Source: Cyanidioschyzon merolae (taxonomy: Eukaryota). Taken from it: a DNA stretch of 64,000 bases. The notes below the pieces were generated by a model. That model did no database searches and was not told the DNA's origin. It saw only the letters and a program-made list of their open reading frames with translations. Position numbers and translations under genes: made by a program. Positions 31,313 to 43,703 of the stretch are shown here, one piece after another. The stretch lies in NCBI GenBank assembly GCA_000091205.1, contig AP006500.2; one strand, given 5' to 3'. The first letter of the stretch is position 1. Each line of letters starts with the position of its first letter.

Positions 31313-34300
31313 AGCGCAGTCAACTAGAGAGTAAAGTCGTCGGTTGCTGACACTCGTGTGGCACTCTGCAGAAAGATCCGCGAAGCACCTATCGCCTCGA
31401 TGACTCAAGTTGAGCTCGTATGGTGCCGCATGCGCTGCAGGAAGCTGACGCTGCATCAGCGTGGCCGGTGCTCTCCGCATCAACTCTCCGAAGCGAGCCG
31501 GATGCGTTGCGAACGAGGGTGCAAAGCAGCGCAGGGCACCACATGTGAGCGGGTGTTGCGATGCAAAGCTCGTAAAAGCCAAGACACCAGCGTCGAACCT
31601 AAAATGCCTCGGGCAGAACCTGCAGCCAAGTTCAGTCGTTGCGGGTCCAGAAACGCACATGGAAGCTGTGGCGTCAACACGTGGCCAACAAAGGGAAAAG
31701 TGGCATTTTCATTAGAGATGCGGTCAGCAACGACTGACAATGTCGGCTCGCTTGGGGCTTCGATTCCCTCCTCCAGTTGGATATTCTGCAAGAACTGGTG
31801 CGCCTCTGAACGCAGTCTCGCATACCTTTCTGGGCCTGCACGTCAGCGCTCAAGACCACCGCGAAAGTGTCCCAGGTTTCATATACTGCGTCCAGGGAGG
31901 CTCGGAGGTCGTCGTTGCCGCTGTCGGCCAGCATTCGTGCGCCTCTAGCCTGGCGCGCTGCTCCTCAAAGCGCGCGTCGCAGCGGAGTCCAGCAGGGCTC
32001 GATGGAGAACGCGCTGACATTCCGCTTCGACTTGGGTATCGTTCAAAAACTGGAGAGCTCGAAGCCTCCACGCATGCTTCTCATCCTCAACTGATTCAGC
32101 GATGAAACTCCATGGAAAACTGCTCAGCACTTTCCGACGCTGGTACCAGCCGGACGGTCGTGCAAACAGCTGCTTCCGGCGAGCACGAGCATCCATAGCC
32201 GCTGCAAAAGACTCGTTGAATGCCTTTTCACTTTTTGCGACACGTATGGACGATCGTATTCGCAACGGATTTTCTGCCCGTTTCCACCAAAGAACGCAAG
32301 GCGTTACCGGGCGTTGTCGTCAATAGATAGAAAAGTGTTCTGCAGCAGCTGATGCCCAATAAAGAGCAGGCATCGCGTAGGCAGCAAAGTCGAGAAATGC
32401 CCTGCTTCTGCTAGGTTCTCGTAGGGTACCCTTAGAACTGGGTAGCTCGTTTCCGCGTTTTTTCGATGCTTGTCTACGTCGAGCGGGGCGTCCACGATGC
32501 GGCGCTCGACGCGTTTGTGTTCAATTCAACTAGAGTCCTGAATGACTTGCTCTGTTCCTGCCTTTGTATATTTACAAGGACTTTTTTTAGAGGAAGATTG
32601 TCGACATTCGACGTTCAGCACTGCGGCCTTGCGCATTTATTCGTCGTTTCCGGATTCCTGGTCGTCTCTGTGGGGTACTTGTTCGACGCTTTGTGGCTGG
32701 ATTTGATGACATCATTGAAATCGAGATGTTTCGCGAATCTCTCTAAAAAGTTTCGTAATAGCCAACATTATGCTCGAGTTTATGCGTGCAAGCCTCGACT
32801 CCTTTCCTGTGGTATGTTGCATGTTCAAATCTCGCAAACTTTACGTTTTCGATCTTTCTGTTTCAAGGCAACTCATGGTTCGGCAATTACCGGGCTGCAT
32901 CGGCGCGGAAACCTTCTCGACGTCATCCTTTGACGACTTTTGCACAAGCTCACGCCGAAATCTCGACGAGACTGTCACGTGAACGAATGGATTCCATCCG
33001 AAGGACGAATGCGTCCCTCTGTGTGGCCATCAAACAGGAGGCGTTCCACAGCAGCATGATACCTCTCAGTGAAAACGTGCTCCAAGATGATCCAGTCTCT
33101 TTTGTTTGCACTGAAAGAGGTTTCGGACTCGGACCTAATGTGTAGCAGCGAACGCTTCCGGTACAACATGCGTTACCGCTTTTCGAGCACGCAGCGTCTA
33201 TGGTCTGGAATTTCTCTACTTGGTCTGCAACTTGAATTGGCCTCCCGGTACGCGTTTCCTCATGGAAGACACAACAGTCCACAAATCCGTTGTCCAGTGC
33301 AAGAGCGTGCGCTTGGGCATGCAGCATTCAGAGTACTCGCCGAGCGGATCGCCATGGAGAAGCCCTTGATCCTTGTGCATTGTGCTGGGAGCGGAAACAG
33401 CGACGAGCATGGAAAGTCGCATGCTGTGCCAGACAAGGGCATGTACGGAGCACTGAACCAAGCGTTCACTTGCCACATAGCGGTGCCCGATGGATGAAGA
33501 TGTTCAGCAGACATACGGGAACGCCGGAACACGTGACAAGCGCTCCGCACCGAAGCCGTGCACATAACTATGAAATCTTAATCGAAGCTCAGCTCACAAC
33601 TTCCAGCTGTGCGTGGAATGCGTCAACAATTACCGAAAGCTGCGAAATCGGGATGTGAACACCACCGTCATCATCTTTCGATTACTGGTACCGGAGCTGG
33701 GCGAACATGACAGAACACCGTATTTAGAGCCGGAGATAAACGGGTGAACAAGGAAGTAGTCACAGAAAAAAGACCCGCAAAGACTGCTTCATATGGCTAC
33801 GAGAAGCCAATACCTTTACGACATACGCCCCATTTAGCTAGCCGGAATCGTTCCATTCTATGCTGACATGCTTGAATTCCTTGAGGTTCTACGAGGAACC
33901 GCAGGCGCCCGGGCGATCATGGCGAGGAAACGTCCGCGGATACGCGAGTGCATCAAGTCGCTCTCGAGGCGACCTCAACTGCACTGCACACACACTTCAA
34001 CGTTCTTCCGCCCGCTTGAGACCAGATTTTGCGTTGGGTGTGAAGGCTCGATCCACTCGTATACTTCGTGGATACGAATCCAACCATAAACGACGCACGA
34101 GCACAGAACAGCTTGGCGTTAAACTCGCGGGCCGCGGCTCGAAGCAGCGCAGCTTTGCACCCGCTCCCCAACGCGCTCAGAGGTGGTACTGGTGGTGCTG
34201 GTTGCCAACGTCGTCGTCGTCGTTGTCGTTTGCGGAAGTGTGGAGGCACCTAAATCCCTGGAGCAAACTGATCCAACACGAGGACTTGTCATAATCAAAC

Positions 34301-34313
34301 AAAAAATCGGTTT

Positions 34314-34793
34314 GTGACGGCTTGCAAGCAGGGAGGCTTCCTAGTTTGCGCCCCGTCTTCAGCACTCCCAGTGAGGTCTCGGAAGAAGCGCACGCACCAG
34401 GGCAAGGCTCGCGGGCAGCACAAAGCGCTCATGCTTCGGGTGGTGGACGTCCTTACACCGGAACGAGTCCGGGCTAATCGGCAGCTATATACGGCCTATC
34501 TGCGCTGGGTCGCACGTTATCCGGTAGCAAAGCTGCGGTGCCAGCTGCGTCTCAATATCCAGGAGGCGTTTCGTTTACGACAGGCATATTTTCGAGCGCT
34601 CCTACGTGATGCGCTTCGTAGCCGTCATGCGAACGAGACGCGCATCCGCCAAGTACTCCATAATTTAGACGAACAGCTCCATGGAGAAGCGCGGCAGGCG
34701 CTAGATGCCTTGGAACGCTTTCGTCTCGAGCTGAAGCAGCTACCTGCATGGTCTGCAGACAAACAAGTTGCCGACGACGACCGCGTGCGGTAA
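34314..34793 (+). CDS. Small hypothetical protein, possibly a LYR-motif (Complex1_LYR-like) family member. The start is possibly the internal Met 'MLRVVDVL'.
   Basis: 'RANRQLYTAYLRWVARYP...IQEAFRLRQAYFRALLRD' resembles the LYR/K...(I/V)R..FR signature. Weak. Confidence 0.3.
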   Translation: MTACKQGGFLVCAPSSALPVRSRKKRTHQGKARGQHKALMLRVVDVLTPERVRANRQLYTAYLRWVARYPVAKLRCQLRLNIQEAFRLRQAYFRALLRDALRSRHANETRIRQVLHNLDEQLHGEARQALDALERFRLELKQLPAWSADKQVADDDRVR

Positions 34794-34843
34794 ACCGCGG
34801 CAAGACATTGCCAGTTTCGGCGCTAGTCCGGATGTTGCTCCAT

Positions 34844-35800
34844 CTAGGGGTCCTTGGGAGTTCCCGTCAACGTCATACGCGGTCGATCCATTAGAAGACT
34901 CTTGGTGGCCTCGTAGCCGCCGAAAAAAAGCGCTCCGCCCAGCGAAATCCAGAGAATGCGTGGCGTCGTCCCGCTGAACAGTGTTCCGATGCCCTCTTCA
35001 CGTGCTATCTGTTGCATGGTTCCCCAGATTCCTTGCTGTGTGGCTGCACTAGCTGATCTCGTCATTAACCGAGTCTTGACAACGTCCAGTGGTGTGGTGC
35101 AAGCCGCAGCGATACCGCCTGCTGCGCTACCACACAAAGCGGACTCCCAGGTTTCTAGCGCACGACCTTTGCGTCGGGACCATATCTTTTTAAACGCTTC
35201 GTAGAGGGGAAATTCAAGGATATCGAAAGGCACCTCACGAGCGATCAGTGAGCCCCATCCGCGATACAGGCCGCGAATACCCTCCTTCGAAACGATGGCG
35301 CTTACAGCGTCCACAGAACTTCGATAATAGCCCGCTTGAAGATTCTGCTTCACCACCTCGAAGGGCACCCGCATGAAGGAGCCCGCCAGGTCACCACCAA
35401 CGGCAGCCACCATATGGACCAGCGGCGGTGCACTCTGCGGAAAATTTATCGTGAGGGTTTTCTTCAGCCAATCGTAAGTACCGAAAAATGCCGCAGCTGC
35501 GGGTGCCGATGCAACAATAGCCGGAAGTATACCGTTGTATATGCCCCGAAAGGTCTGAGCACCAAGGCGCGAGCCCGGAACCTGAAGTCTTGTTTTCAGT
35601 GTGTCAAGCGGGAACAAGACCAGGTCAGCGATGGTGCCAGCAGCGGCCCCCGAGATCAGACCAACTCTAAAAGACTCACTCGGCGGTAAACTCCGCTCTG
35701 TTGTACGATGCTTTTTTGGATCATTAGTGCGTGTCTCGTTCATGACAACAGTGATGCTGTAACGACGCCGACAACAACTCGCTAAGCAACGTCGACGCAT
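34844..35800 (-). CDS. Mitochondrial carrier family protein, S-adenosylmethionine carrier-like (SAMC/SLC25A26/Pet8-like). The start is likely the internal Met 'MNETRT' at ~35743.
   Basis: Three carrier repeats with 'LFPLDTLKTRLQ', 'PFEVVKQNLQ', 'TPLDVVKTRLM'. Close resemblance to SAMC 'FPLDTIKTRLQ...GIYAG...AAAFF'. Confidence 0.8.
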   Translation of the reverse strand: MRRRCLASCCRRRYSITVVMNETRTNDPKKHRTTERSLPPSESFRVGLISGAAAGTIADLVLFPLDTLKTRLQVPGSRLGAQTFRGIYNGILPAIVASAPAAAAFFGTYDWLKKTLTINFPQSAPPLVHMVAAVGGDLAGSFMRVPFEVVKQNLQAGYYRSSVDAVSAIVSKEGIRGLYRGWGSLIAREVPFDILEFPLYEAFKKIWSRRKGRALETWESALCGSAAGGIAAACTTPLDVVKTRLMTRSASAATQQGIWGTMQQIAREEGIGTLFSGTTPRILWISLGGALFFGGYEATKSLLMDRPRMTLTGTPKDP

Positions 35801-38035
35801 TGGAGAAGCAGGTGTGGGCGCAGACCTAGCGGTACCAGTGAACGCTTCTCGGTTTGTCCGTATACCTTCAGTTAGTTAGATTGCAGTTGTTGCACGCGAC
35901 AGCGCAGAACAGGTCGCAGTCAACGACTCCGGGTCGCCGGGCGAGACTCGACACCAGCTGCTAAGCGATACGCCCACCTGTACACGCCTTCCAAAAGTGA
36001 GCCCACAAGCGCTGCCGAATAGAACGCGCCGTTCAACCTCAAACTGCAAGATCGCGTCGCAACCCTAAACACTAGGCCTGTTAGAGGTCAAATGCAAGTT
36101 GCAACGTCACCGAGGTCAACGCTGTCGAAGAGGCTCCGAGCTCCGAGTCATTGGCCAAGCACGTCGTCGCCGTCGACGGCCGCTTCTGGGTATCTCCGAA
36201 TGGGAGAAGCGATCGCTGCTGAGGTTATTGCTTCCCCATTATTGCCATCTAGGGGCGTCTGTGAGGGGCTCTTCGGGCTTCCTCTTCCCAGGTCACGTGC
36301 GGCGATGACGTCTCTGGAAGCGTCTGGTTAGATTTTGGGATACTATAGGACTCGTTGGAACCTGGAAGTATTTGCGAATGAACTGACGACTTGACAGTCG
36401 ACGAGAGGTTATCACGCCGACGCCCTAATGTGCGCAAGGTATGTCCCTGGGGGGTTCATTCGCTTACTTCCGTGAAGTGTGGATATTCATCGTGCATCTA
36501 CGAAGCATTGGGTTTTGTGGTTTGTGGACGGGGCTTGATAAGGCCAGTGCCCGTCAAACAAGGTTTCCTGAAAGGCCATAAACCTACATGGTGTCATCGC
36601 TGGGGTTGCACGGGTGTGTGAGCCGCAGAACGCCGCGGCCACGGGTGTCGACGAGCAACCAGCTTGGGCAGGGCTTGTTCAGCGGCTCTGCAGCTGCGTT
36701 TGTTCGGGAATAGCGGTGCATCAGCACCAGTCCTTTGTCTGCGTTTGCCAGTGAATGCCGTTGCACGTAGGGCCGTAGCTGCTGCACGAACTCGTGCCTA
36801 GCGGCTAGCCGGCGGGCAACGGGCAGGTAGCCTCACCGGTAGTATCCAGCTTCTATCCGTGGATACGGCTATGGTGGCAATAGACCGGGTAAGTGTCGAT
36901 GAAAACGTGACGTTGACAGGTCAGGCACTGCCAGCGGACGGACGTCCGGGACGGGTACCCGCTTCCCTGTACCGATTCGAGACCGTAAAGAATCCGTCAG
37001 TCAGACTGGAAAAAAGCGTTCGTAGCATTGAATCCAGTATTTCATGCTTGTTGTCGATAAGATGCGCTCTGCGTCATGAGCATCACGCACGTCCGTTTCA
37101 TCGTATCTGAAGGACGGAGGCGACACCTGGGCCTAGTAGAGAACGCTGCTAGAGGAGCAGGCTGGCTGTATAACTGGTTTAATTTACCCGTTTACAGCGC
37201 ATAGCGTAGAAGTAGCCCCATGCTAAAGGACGCCTCGACATGACTACTGAAAGGATACCACTTCAAGCCAAGCGTATTGGATTGTTCAGTTGTAGAGGTC
37301 TTGGTGAATCCAGACAGATTGATCAAGAGTCTCGTGTGCGACTGAACAGTGTAACATTTATAGAGAGATCCTTTCACAACCCGCGGCTGCGGTATGGCAG
37401 GCATGCAAATAAGCTGGAACCCAAACGAAGGCACAGCAGTGCGCTGATTGGCTCTCATTCGTCCCAATGAGTGATCTGTGACTTTTCACCACGCAGCCTT
37501 GATCCGGTACCGGTAATAAAGCGCGGAGTTCCAGGCGTTTCTGGTCGAGTGTTGCGCTGCGGTACAGGAGGGCGATCTGCGCTCCAGTTACCGCTCGCTT
37601 TACAGAGCAGGATCGCTGAATCCAATCAGATTCTCCTGGAGGCTCCATTGCTGCCGCCAAAGATGCAATAGACCCATTTACTATGCAAGCGCTGCTGCCT
37701 TGCATCAACCAGGTGCGACCGATCGATTCTCGAATGAACGATTGTACAACTACATGAATGCATCTATGAAGGACTGCACAAACTGAGTCCACGCGCGCAG
37801 CCAACGCAAGTGTTTTACAGCTGGACGGCGCTTGGTCGTTCTTAAAAGTCGTTCAGGGTGACGTTCCTCGTCGTGCAGCGCTTTAACCGCGGTTCCAAAG
37901 CGGGTACCTACCCATCGAGCCGCAGCTCGGATTTTAGGCGGTTATCGAGCGCACGGTGCCTTGGTACGGGTGTGACAGCGCACTATCAACGAGTGCGCTC
38001 ACGGACGCCAAAGCAAGTTCTCTCAAACTGAAGCT

Positions 38036-39310
38036 GTGGGTGCAGGTTCCCAGACAGAGAGCCAGTCGAGGCTGCGTTCAATTGTGCTGTGTTGCACTCG
38101 CCGTCGACGCTCTACGGCTAGAGACGTAGCGTTCGTGTTCATGCACGATCCTGTGTGCTTCATACAGCATCCCGCGGCACGAACGGTGCGGCATGCTCTG
38201 TACCAGCGACCCGCTTCTGGTGCGCTGCCGAGGGCGACCCGCTGCTACCGGTGCCGCTCAGTCGTGCGTTACGGCTGGCTGAGGGCCTCCAGTGAGCACT
38301 CGTCGGAGCGACACGTCCTCGTTACTGGTGTGGCGGGTTTTCTGGGTTTCCACGCGGCCCTAAAACTTGCCACCCGAGGCGATCGGATCACTGGTATCGA
38401 CAACTTCAATGCGTACTATGACCCGAGCCTCAAACGAGACCGAGTGCGCTACCTGATGCGGCACGCTCCTGCTATACGCATCATCGAGTTAGACTTGGCG
38501 GATCAAAAAGCTGTCGATGAACTGTTCGCATCGCATCGCTTTACCCATGTGCTCCACTTGGCTGCGCAGGCCGGCGTACGACACTCTATCTCGCACCCGC
38601 ATTGTTATATCCAGAGCAACTGCGTTGGCTTTCTTCACATCCTAGAGGGCGTCCGAAATCACCGCCCGCAGCCACCGGTTCTAGTGTATGCATCCTCGTC
38701 GTCGGTGTACGGCCTGGAGACGCAGCTGCCGTTTCGCGAGTCAATGACCGCCGATGCACCAGCGTCTCTCTACGCAGCCACAAAACGCGCCAACGAACTC
38801 ATGGCTTTCACGTATCATCATCTGTACGGTATCAAGACGACGGGTCTCCGATACTTTACAGTCTATGGCCCGTGGGGTCGACCCGATATGGCCTACTACG
38901 CGTTCGCGAATGCGATGCATTCTGGCAAGCCGATTACCCTCTACCGATCGGGGTCAGCGGAGCCCTCTCGGGATTTCACGTACGTTGATGACGCGATCGA
39001 TGCAACTGTAGCTGCACTTGATCGCGCATATCCGTGGGAAGTTTTCAACGTGGGGAATCATCGCATGGAGCCGCTCAGTGCCCTGGTTACCAGTCTGGAA
39101 GAAGCGTTCGGCATTGAGGCGCTAAAGCAACATACCGGGCTGCAGTCAGGAGATGTACCTGCGACCTATGCTGATATTGGCAAGGCGAAAGAGTTGCTCG
39201 ACTATGATCCGAAAACGAGTCTTCGCGAGGGGATCAAGAAGTTTGCCGCCTGGTATCAGTGGTACCATGTGGAGAACCGGCATGCCGTGGAGGCAGGTCT
39301 GGGAATCTGA
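38036..39310 (+). CDS. UDP-glucuronate 4-epimerase (GAE-type NAD-dependent epimerase/dehydratase).
   Basis: Near-collinear with plant GAE: 'VLVTGVAGFLGFH', 'DNFNAYYDPSLKRDR', 'THVLHLAAQAGVRHS', 'ASSSSVYGLETQLPFRE', 'PASLYAATKRANELMAFTYHHLYGIKTTGLRYFTVYGPWGRPDMAYYAF', 'SRDFTYVDD'. N-terminal extension with a putative signal/anchor. Confidence 0.85.
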   Translation: MGAGSQTESQSRLRSIVLCCTRRRRSTARDVAFVFMHDPVCFIQHPAARTVRHALYQRPASGALPRATRCYRCRSVVRYGWLRASSEHSSERHVLVTGVAGFLGFHAALKLATRGDRITGIDNFNAYYDPSLKRDRVRYLMRHAPAIRIIELDLADQKAVDELFASHRFTHVLHLAAQAGVRHSISHPHCYIQSNCVGFLHILEGVRNHRPQPPVLVYASSSSVYGLETQLPFRESMTADAPASLYAATKRANELMAFTYHHLYGIKTTGLRYFTVYGPWGRPDMAYYAFANAMHSGKPITLYRSGSAEPSRDFTYVDDAIDATVAALDRAYPWEVFNVGNHRMEPLSALVTSLEEAFGIEALKQHTGLQSGDVPATYADIGKAKELLDYDPKTSLREGIKKFAAWYQWYHVENRHAVEAGLGI

Positions 39311-41371
39311 GATGAGTCTCGAGTGCGCTGTCGACAGGGGTTGTGCGATGATGGAACACGGACCTGCTGGCTCTGCTCCTGCATTGCGGTTTTAGTTCCG
39401 AATTTTTATTAGACGAAAAGCGTCGATATTCGAGGGGCAGCAACAGGAACGCACAGATTCACACATCGTTTTAGGATTCTCGGTCGTCTTTCGGGAATGG
39501 GTTACGGTTACGTGAATCGAGATGATTCGGTGCGCTCTAAAACAATTGTCCGTAAAATATCCGATATCATCATCCAGTTTGTATGTGAGAACTTATACGC
39601 TTCTGCTTTCCTTAGGCATTGCATGTTCTGTTCATTCATTCTTCAAGTTTTGGATCAGTCTGCTTCAAGGTAACTGGTGCGCGGACTCTTGTATGCCATT
39701 GGATGGACGAGGAAACGAACTCAACATGGCACCGGAACGACTTGTTCGCGAGCTCTGGCCGAAAGTTCACTGAACTCGTCACCCCTCAACTAATCGATTC
39801 CTTACGAAAGACGAATCCAGTTCTCTGTGTGGCACGCGACCATGCGGCATTCCGCAGGAGCATGATAGCGAGCATGCGCTATGGTACCAGAGGCATCCGT
39901 GCCTTCTGTTTTTGCATGGAAAAGGTTCCTGGACCCGGACTCGAGTCATCACAGCGATTGCTTCGACTAGAGCATGCGTTATTGCCGTATACGATTGAGC
40001 TTCATCAAATCAAAAATGTGCAACTTGCTTTTCTGCCTGAATTTTCGTCGGGTGCTCGTTTTACCTAGGACAAGATTGAATTCGGCAAGTCCCGTACCGA
40101 ATGGAACAGCGTGCGCTTGCAAGTGTAGCTGCCAGACCACTCAACGACTGGGTAGCCCAGAGGATGCCTGTGATTCCAGGGGACGGCATCGGGCGCGGAT
40201 TCAGAGGAGGGCATCGAGTGGGGCGCTCGGTACCCATCGGCGGCATGTATCGAGCGATAAAGCGCGCCTTTAAGCATCATCGAGTTGCCCTCAGAGGCGA
40301 AGCAGGTGCAATGGACATACCTGGGAACACCTGAACACATAAGGGTGTCACCGCTGTACGGGTCGCACCAACGCTGCATAGAAGCTCGATGAAAGTGACG
40401 AGCGATGCGTCGATCGCATGTTGCATTGGGGCATGGAACATGTCGACAACAGCCAGCAACAGCGGCCCAGGGACTTTACCACTACCATCAACATCCTTCG
40501 ATGACTGACCACGGTGCTGGAGAGGCAACATAGACTAGCAGATGTAAACCCTCAGCTAAGAGCGTGGAAAATGGAACAGCAAAACAACAAGCGTGCAAAG
40601 GCTGGTGTTGGCGTCAATGCGAAGAGACCCAGACTTCAGTGTATACGCCCGAGTTCGAGGGCCTGTCCCATATCGTTGTGTCACGGGTGTAACTGTGTTC
40701 TCGTTTATCGCGAGCCTATCCATGGAAACTGCTTTGCCTTCCAAGTCTAGCTGCAAAAGTCGTTGCTGGATGGAAGAGCCCAGACCGCGGCGCCCTCAAG
40801 ACAAAGCCCCAGTCGTTATCGTGTCCATGGATGGAACGACAGCGAAAGCGTGCGACAACATGAGCAGCGGCTGCGCTGAGTGTTTCGGTATCAGCATTTG
40901 CAGCGCCGCGTTGACGACATTAGCGCATCAGTGGTTTCAGTCAATGGAGAGTGTGCATGCCCGGCAGTGTTTGCTCCCCGTAGCCACTGCTTTCTAACTG
41001 GGCACTGATCATTACTAATGATGTATTGGCTTAGTCGCTCACCAACCTGGATGCGATGCGATGCGATGCGCAGCATGTCGTGACGGGATTCGTACCTGAA
41101 ATGCCGCGAGGTCCCGAGCTCGCTTCGCACTTTGAGCAGGTGAACGCAAGTGTACGCCGAGTGTGTCACGTCCAAAACTGATAAGCGAGTGACCGTCGCG
41201 ACTCGGGCGTACCACAAGCAACCGCCGATGAATGAGCGCTCGTCAGCAGCAGGAACCGAGTCAGAGGTCTCGTAACCGTCTGCATACGGGATGTCATCTC
41301 TAAATCGGGTTATATCCGAATGCGTCGCCCACACATACTTGATCTCCAGTCCGAGGTGCCCCGAGACTCTG

Positions 41372-42403
41372 TCAGGATCCCGCTGGAAGCCGCTCTGTAG
41401 ACGTCCGTGCTGCCGATCGAAAAGGAATCAAGATACCGAACGGAATGTGCTGGATAACGGGGAGCTTCGACCATACCTCCGCTTTGTACATTCGCAACAG
41501 ACCAGCGTTGATCCGTGACCAGTTTTCTAGACCGCTGATGTCGTACAAGGTTGGCGAATGTTCCGCAAATGGACCTCTCTTCGTTTCCAGGATGAAGCGG
41601 ATCGTGTCAAAGTACAAATACTTCGGTGCGAGTTCGAGCACCAGCTCTCGGTCGCGAGCTGCCACTGGTGGTACCTCCGTATCTTTTCCGATCAGCTGCG
41701 AAGAACCAAACAAGAACGGAAGGAAAACGTAGTCGTCAAGTCCCCATACGCCGTGCGATCCTGCGGGCTCCAGGGTAAAGCGCTGCTGAAGGTACCGCGT
41801 CGTGGCTAGATACGCAGGGAATACACTGAGCACCAGTTCGGGAAAGTCCTCAGCTCGGAAGAGATGCAGACGGTGCAGACAGAACATAAACAGCAGAAAA
41901 GAGGCCTCGTGTCCTGTGCCATAATCTATTCGCATCGGGTCCCCGAACGCGCCCAAAAAGTATGCTTGCAGGTCGGGGCCGTATCGTTTGGTTTGATCGC
42001 TTTTGACAAGCAGCTCTTCAGTAAAACGCGGCGTACGCTCCTGCAGCTGTGAAAACCACGTCCGAAAAGCTCGGTTTCCGAAGCGTCCAGTTTCCGCCGG
42101 AAGCAGTTCAACCTCCGCTGCTAACTCTTTCAAAGCAGCGAGCTCCGCGGTAACCAGGCTAGTGGCCGGAACTCGGGGCCCGGCTAGGGCGTCCCCCGAG
42201 AGACCACGAACGCTGCAGTTCAGTCGTTCTACAAAGTCCCAGATGTCTTGGAATGCAGATGACTCCAAAAACTCGGCCAGATCTTTGTGGTCGTAGATCT
42301 GGCGTACTGGCTCAGACTCGTCCATGTTTCCGGGAAGAAGACCTCTCGGCAAAGGTAGAAATGCACGCGCCACGCTCAAATGTGCGGTGTTGACGGCGCG
42401 CAC
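41372..42403 (-). CDS. PTPA: Serine/threonine-protein phosphatase 2A activator (PTPA; phosphotyrosyl phosphatase activator).
   Basis: Signature 'GSHGVWGLDDYVFLPFLFGSSQL', 'HEASFLLFMFCLHRL' and other PTPA-conserved blocks. Confidence 0.85.
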   Translation of the reverse strand: MRAVNTAHLSVARAFLPLPRGLLPGNMDESEPVRQIYDHKDLAEFLESSAFQDIWDFVERLNCSVRGLSGDALAGPRVPATSLVTAELAALKELAAEVELLPAETGRFGNRAFRTWFSQLQERTPRFTEELLVKSDQTKRYGPDLQAYFLGAFGDPMRIDYGTGHEASFLLFMFCLHRLHLFRAEDFPELVLSVFPAYLATTRYLQQRFTLEPAGSHGVWGLDDYVFLPFLFGSSQLIGKDTEVPPVAARDRELVLELAPKYLYFDTIRFILETKRGPFAEHSPTLYDISGLENWSRINAGLLRMYKAEVWSKLPVIQHIPFGILIPFRSAARTSTERLPAGS

Positions 42404-43703
42404 CTGCTTCGCATCGCAGAGACATCAAAGAGTACAGTTCACGACACGCCCCATGATCGAGACGTCCAGGAAATCATTTGCAGTGGAGGATCCATGAGTC
42501 GAAGCAGACGATTCCAGAACGCTGAACGCTGCCTCGTGACGATCATATTTCTCGACTTATCTCGCGACTTCTGTGACATCGCATCGCCTCGAGAATGCTG
42601 CTTTTGCGTACAGCAAAAGCGTGGTCGATCTCGCTGCTTCTCAGGCTCCCAGTTGATCCATAATTTTTTTATACAGGCGTTGACGAGCGTAGATTTGTAA
42701 AATGCTCCGGTTTTACCGCGCACTCGGTGGCGTGTACCCTGATCAAGTCCATAAGCCACGCAGATGTTCTGCTCTGCACAGCGCTGTGAACGCAACTCGC
42801 CGGCCGCTCGCGCCACATCGGTAGAGTCAGCATCCGTTTTCTGAGCAATTTTCTGGAGGTATGCAACAACGTTCACATTCTAGTGTATTCCAAGCTGGGT
42901 AGCAAGGCGCCACCGCAATTTCTCTTCCTTTGTGAGCGGAGATATCACGATGCGAACCAGAATTGCTCATGTGTCGTTCCAGATGACATGCTTATTGGAC
43001 AAGGCGCTGGCATGATTTTGGGATAAATGCTATGCATGAACGCCGCACCAAACTCGGGTCGCATGTCGCCAAGTGATGAGGCAGCAGATATCCACTCACG
43101 CACAGACAAAGCAGAAAGAATCTGTACTGTGGTAACATATGCAATTCTTGAACGATTCATATGGGCAACAATGCACATGATCTTCGCCCGCGCGACGTCG
43201 CTTCGAGGAGGCGAACATGCTGCCCGTGCCATCTGCTGCTGACGAACGCCAGCCATGCAGCAGCTCGCCATTGCTCGCCCTATGCGAACTCTTACCCCTC
43301 GGATACACGTAAAAGCTCTGCACCAAATACTTCGCGGACGTGTAGAAGCAACGCAGGTGCGGTACCTCGAGAGACAGACAGACAGAAAGACAGAGAAAGA
43401 GACCCCGTCAGCATGCACGTATCCCAGGAGCCCGCTGCCGACGTGTCCATCGATCCTGCGTGTCCATGGACGCACACAACACGCACACATTCGAGCATCA
43501 AGAAGAGCGCGCTCCGTGCAATCGCACAGGGTTGCGTCTAGTTCTGTACTACAAGTTCTAGTTTCTAGAAGATGCGTGCATGCATGCAGCAATCGAATGC
43601 GTGCGTCACACGCGTCAGACGGATCCAGAGGGAAGCGCTGGTTAGCGCCTTCCCTGCTATCCGCCTGCGTCTACGACTTTGGACCCGTAACTTGCGTTTC
43701 TAG

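Noticed and set aside
41041-41075. (GCGAT)n-like pentanucleotide run 'gatgcgatgcgatgcgatgcg'.
   Set aside because: It is only ~4 units, so it is ordinary microsatellite noise.
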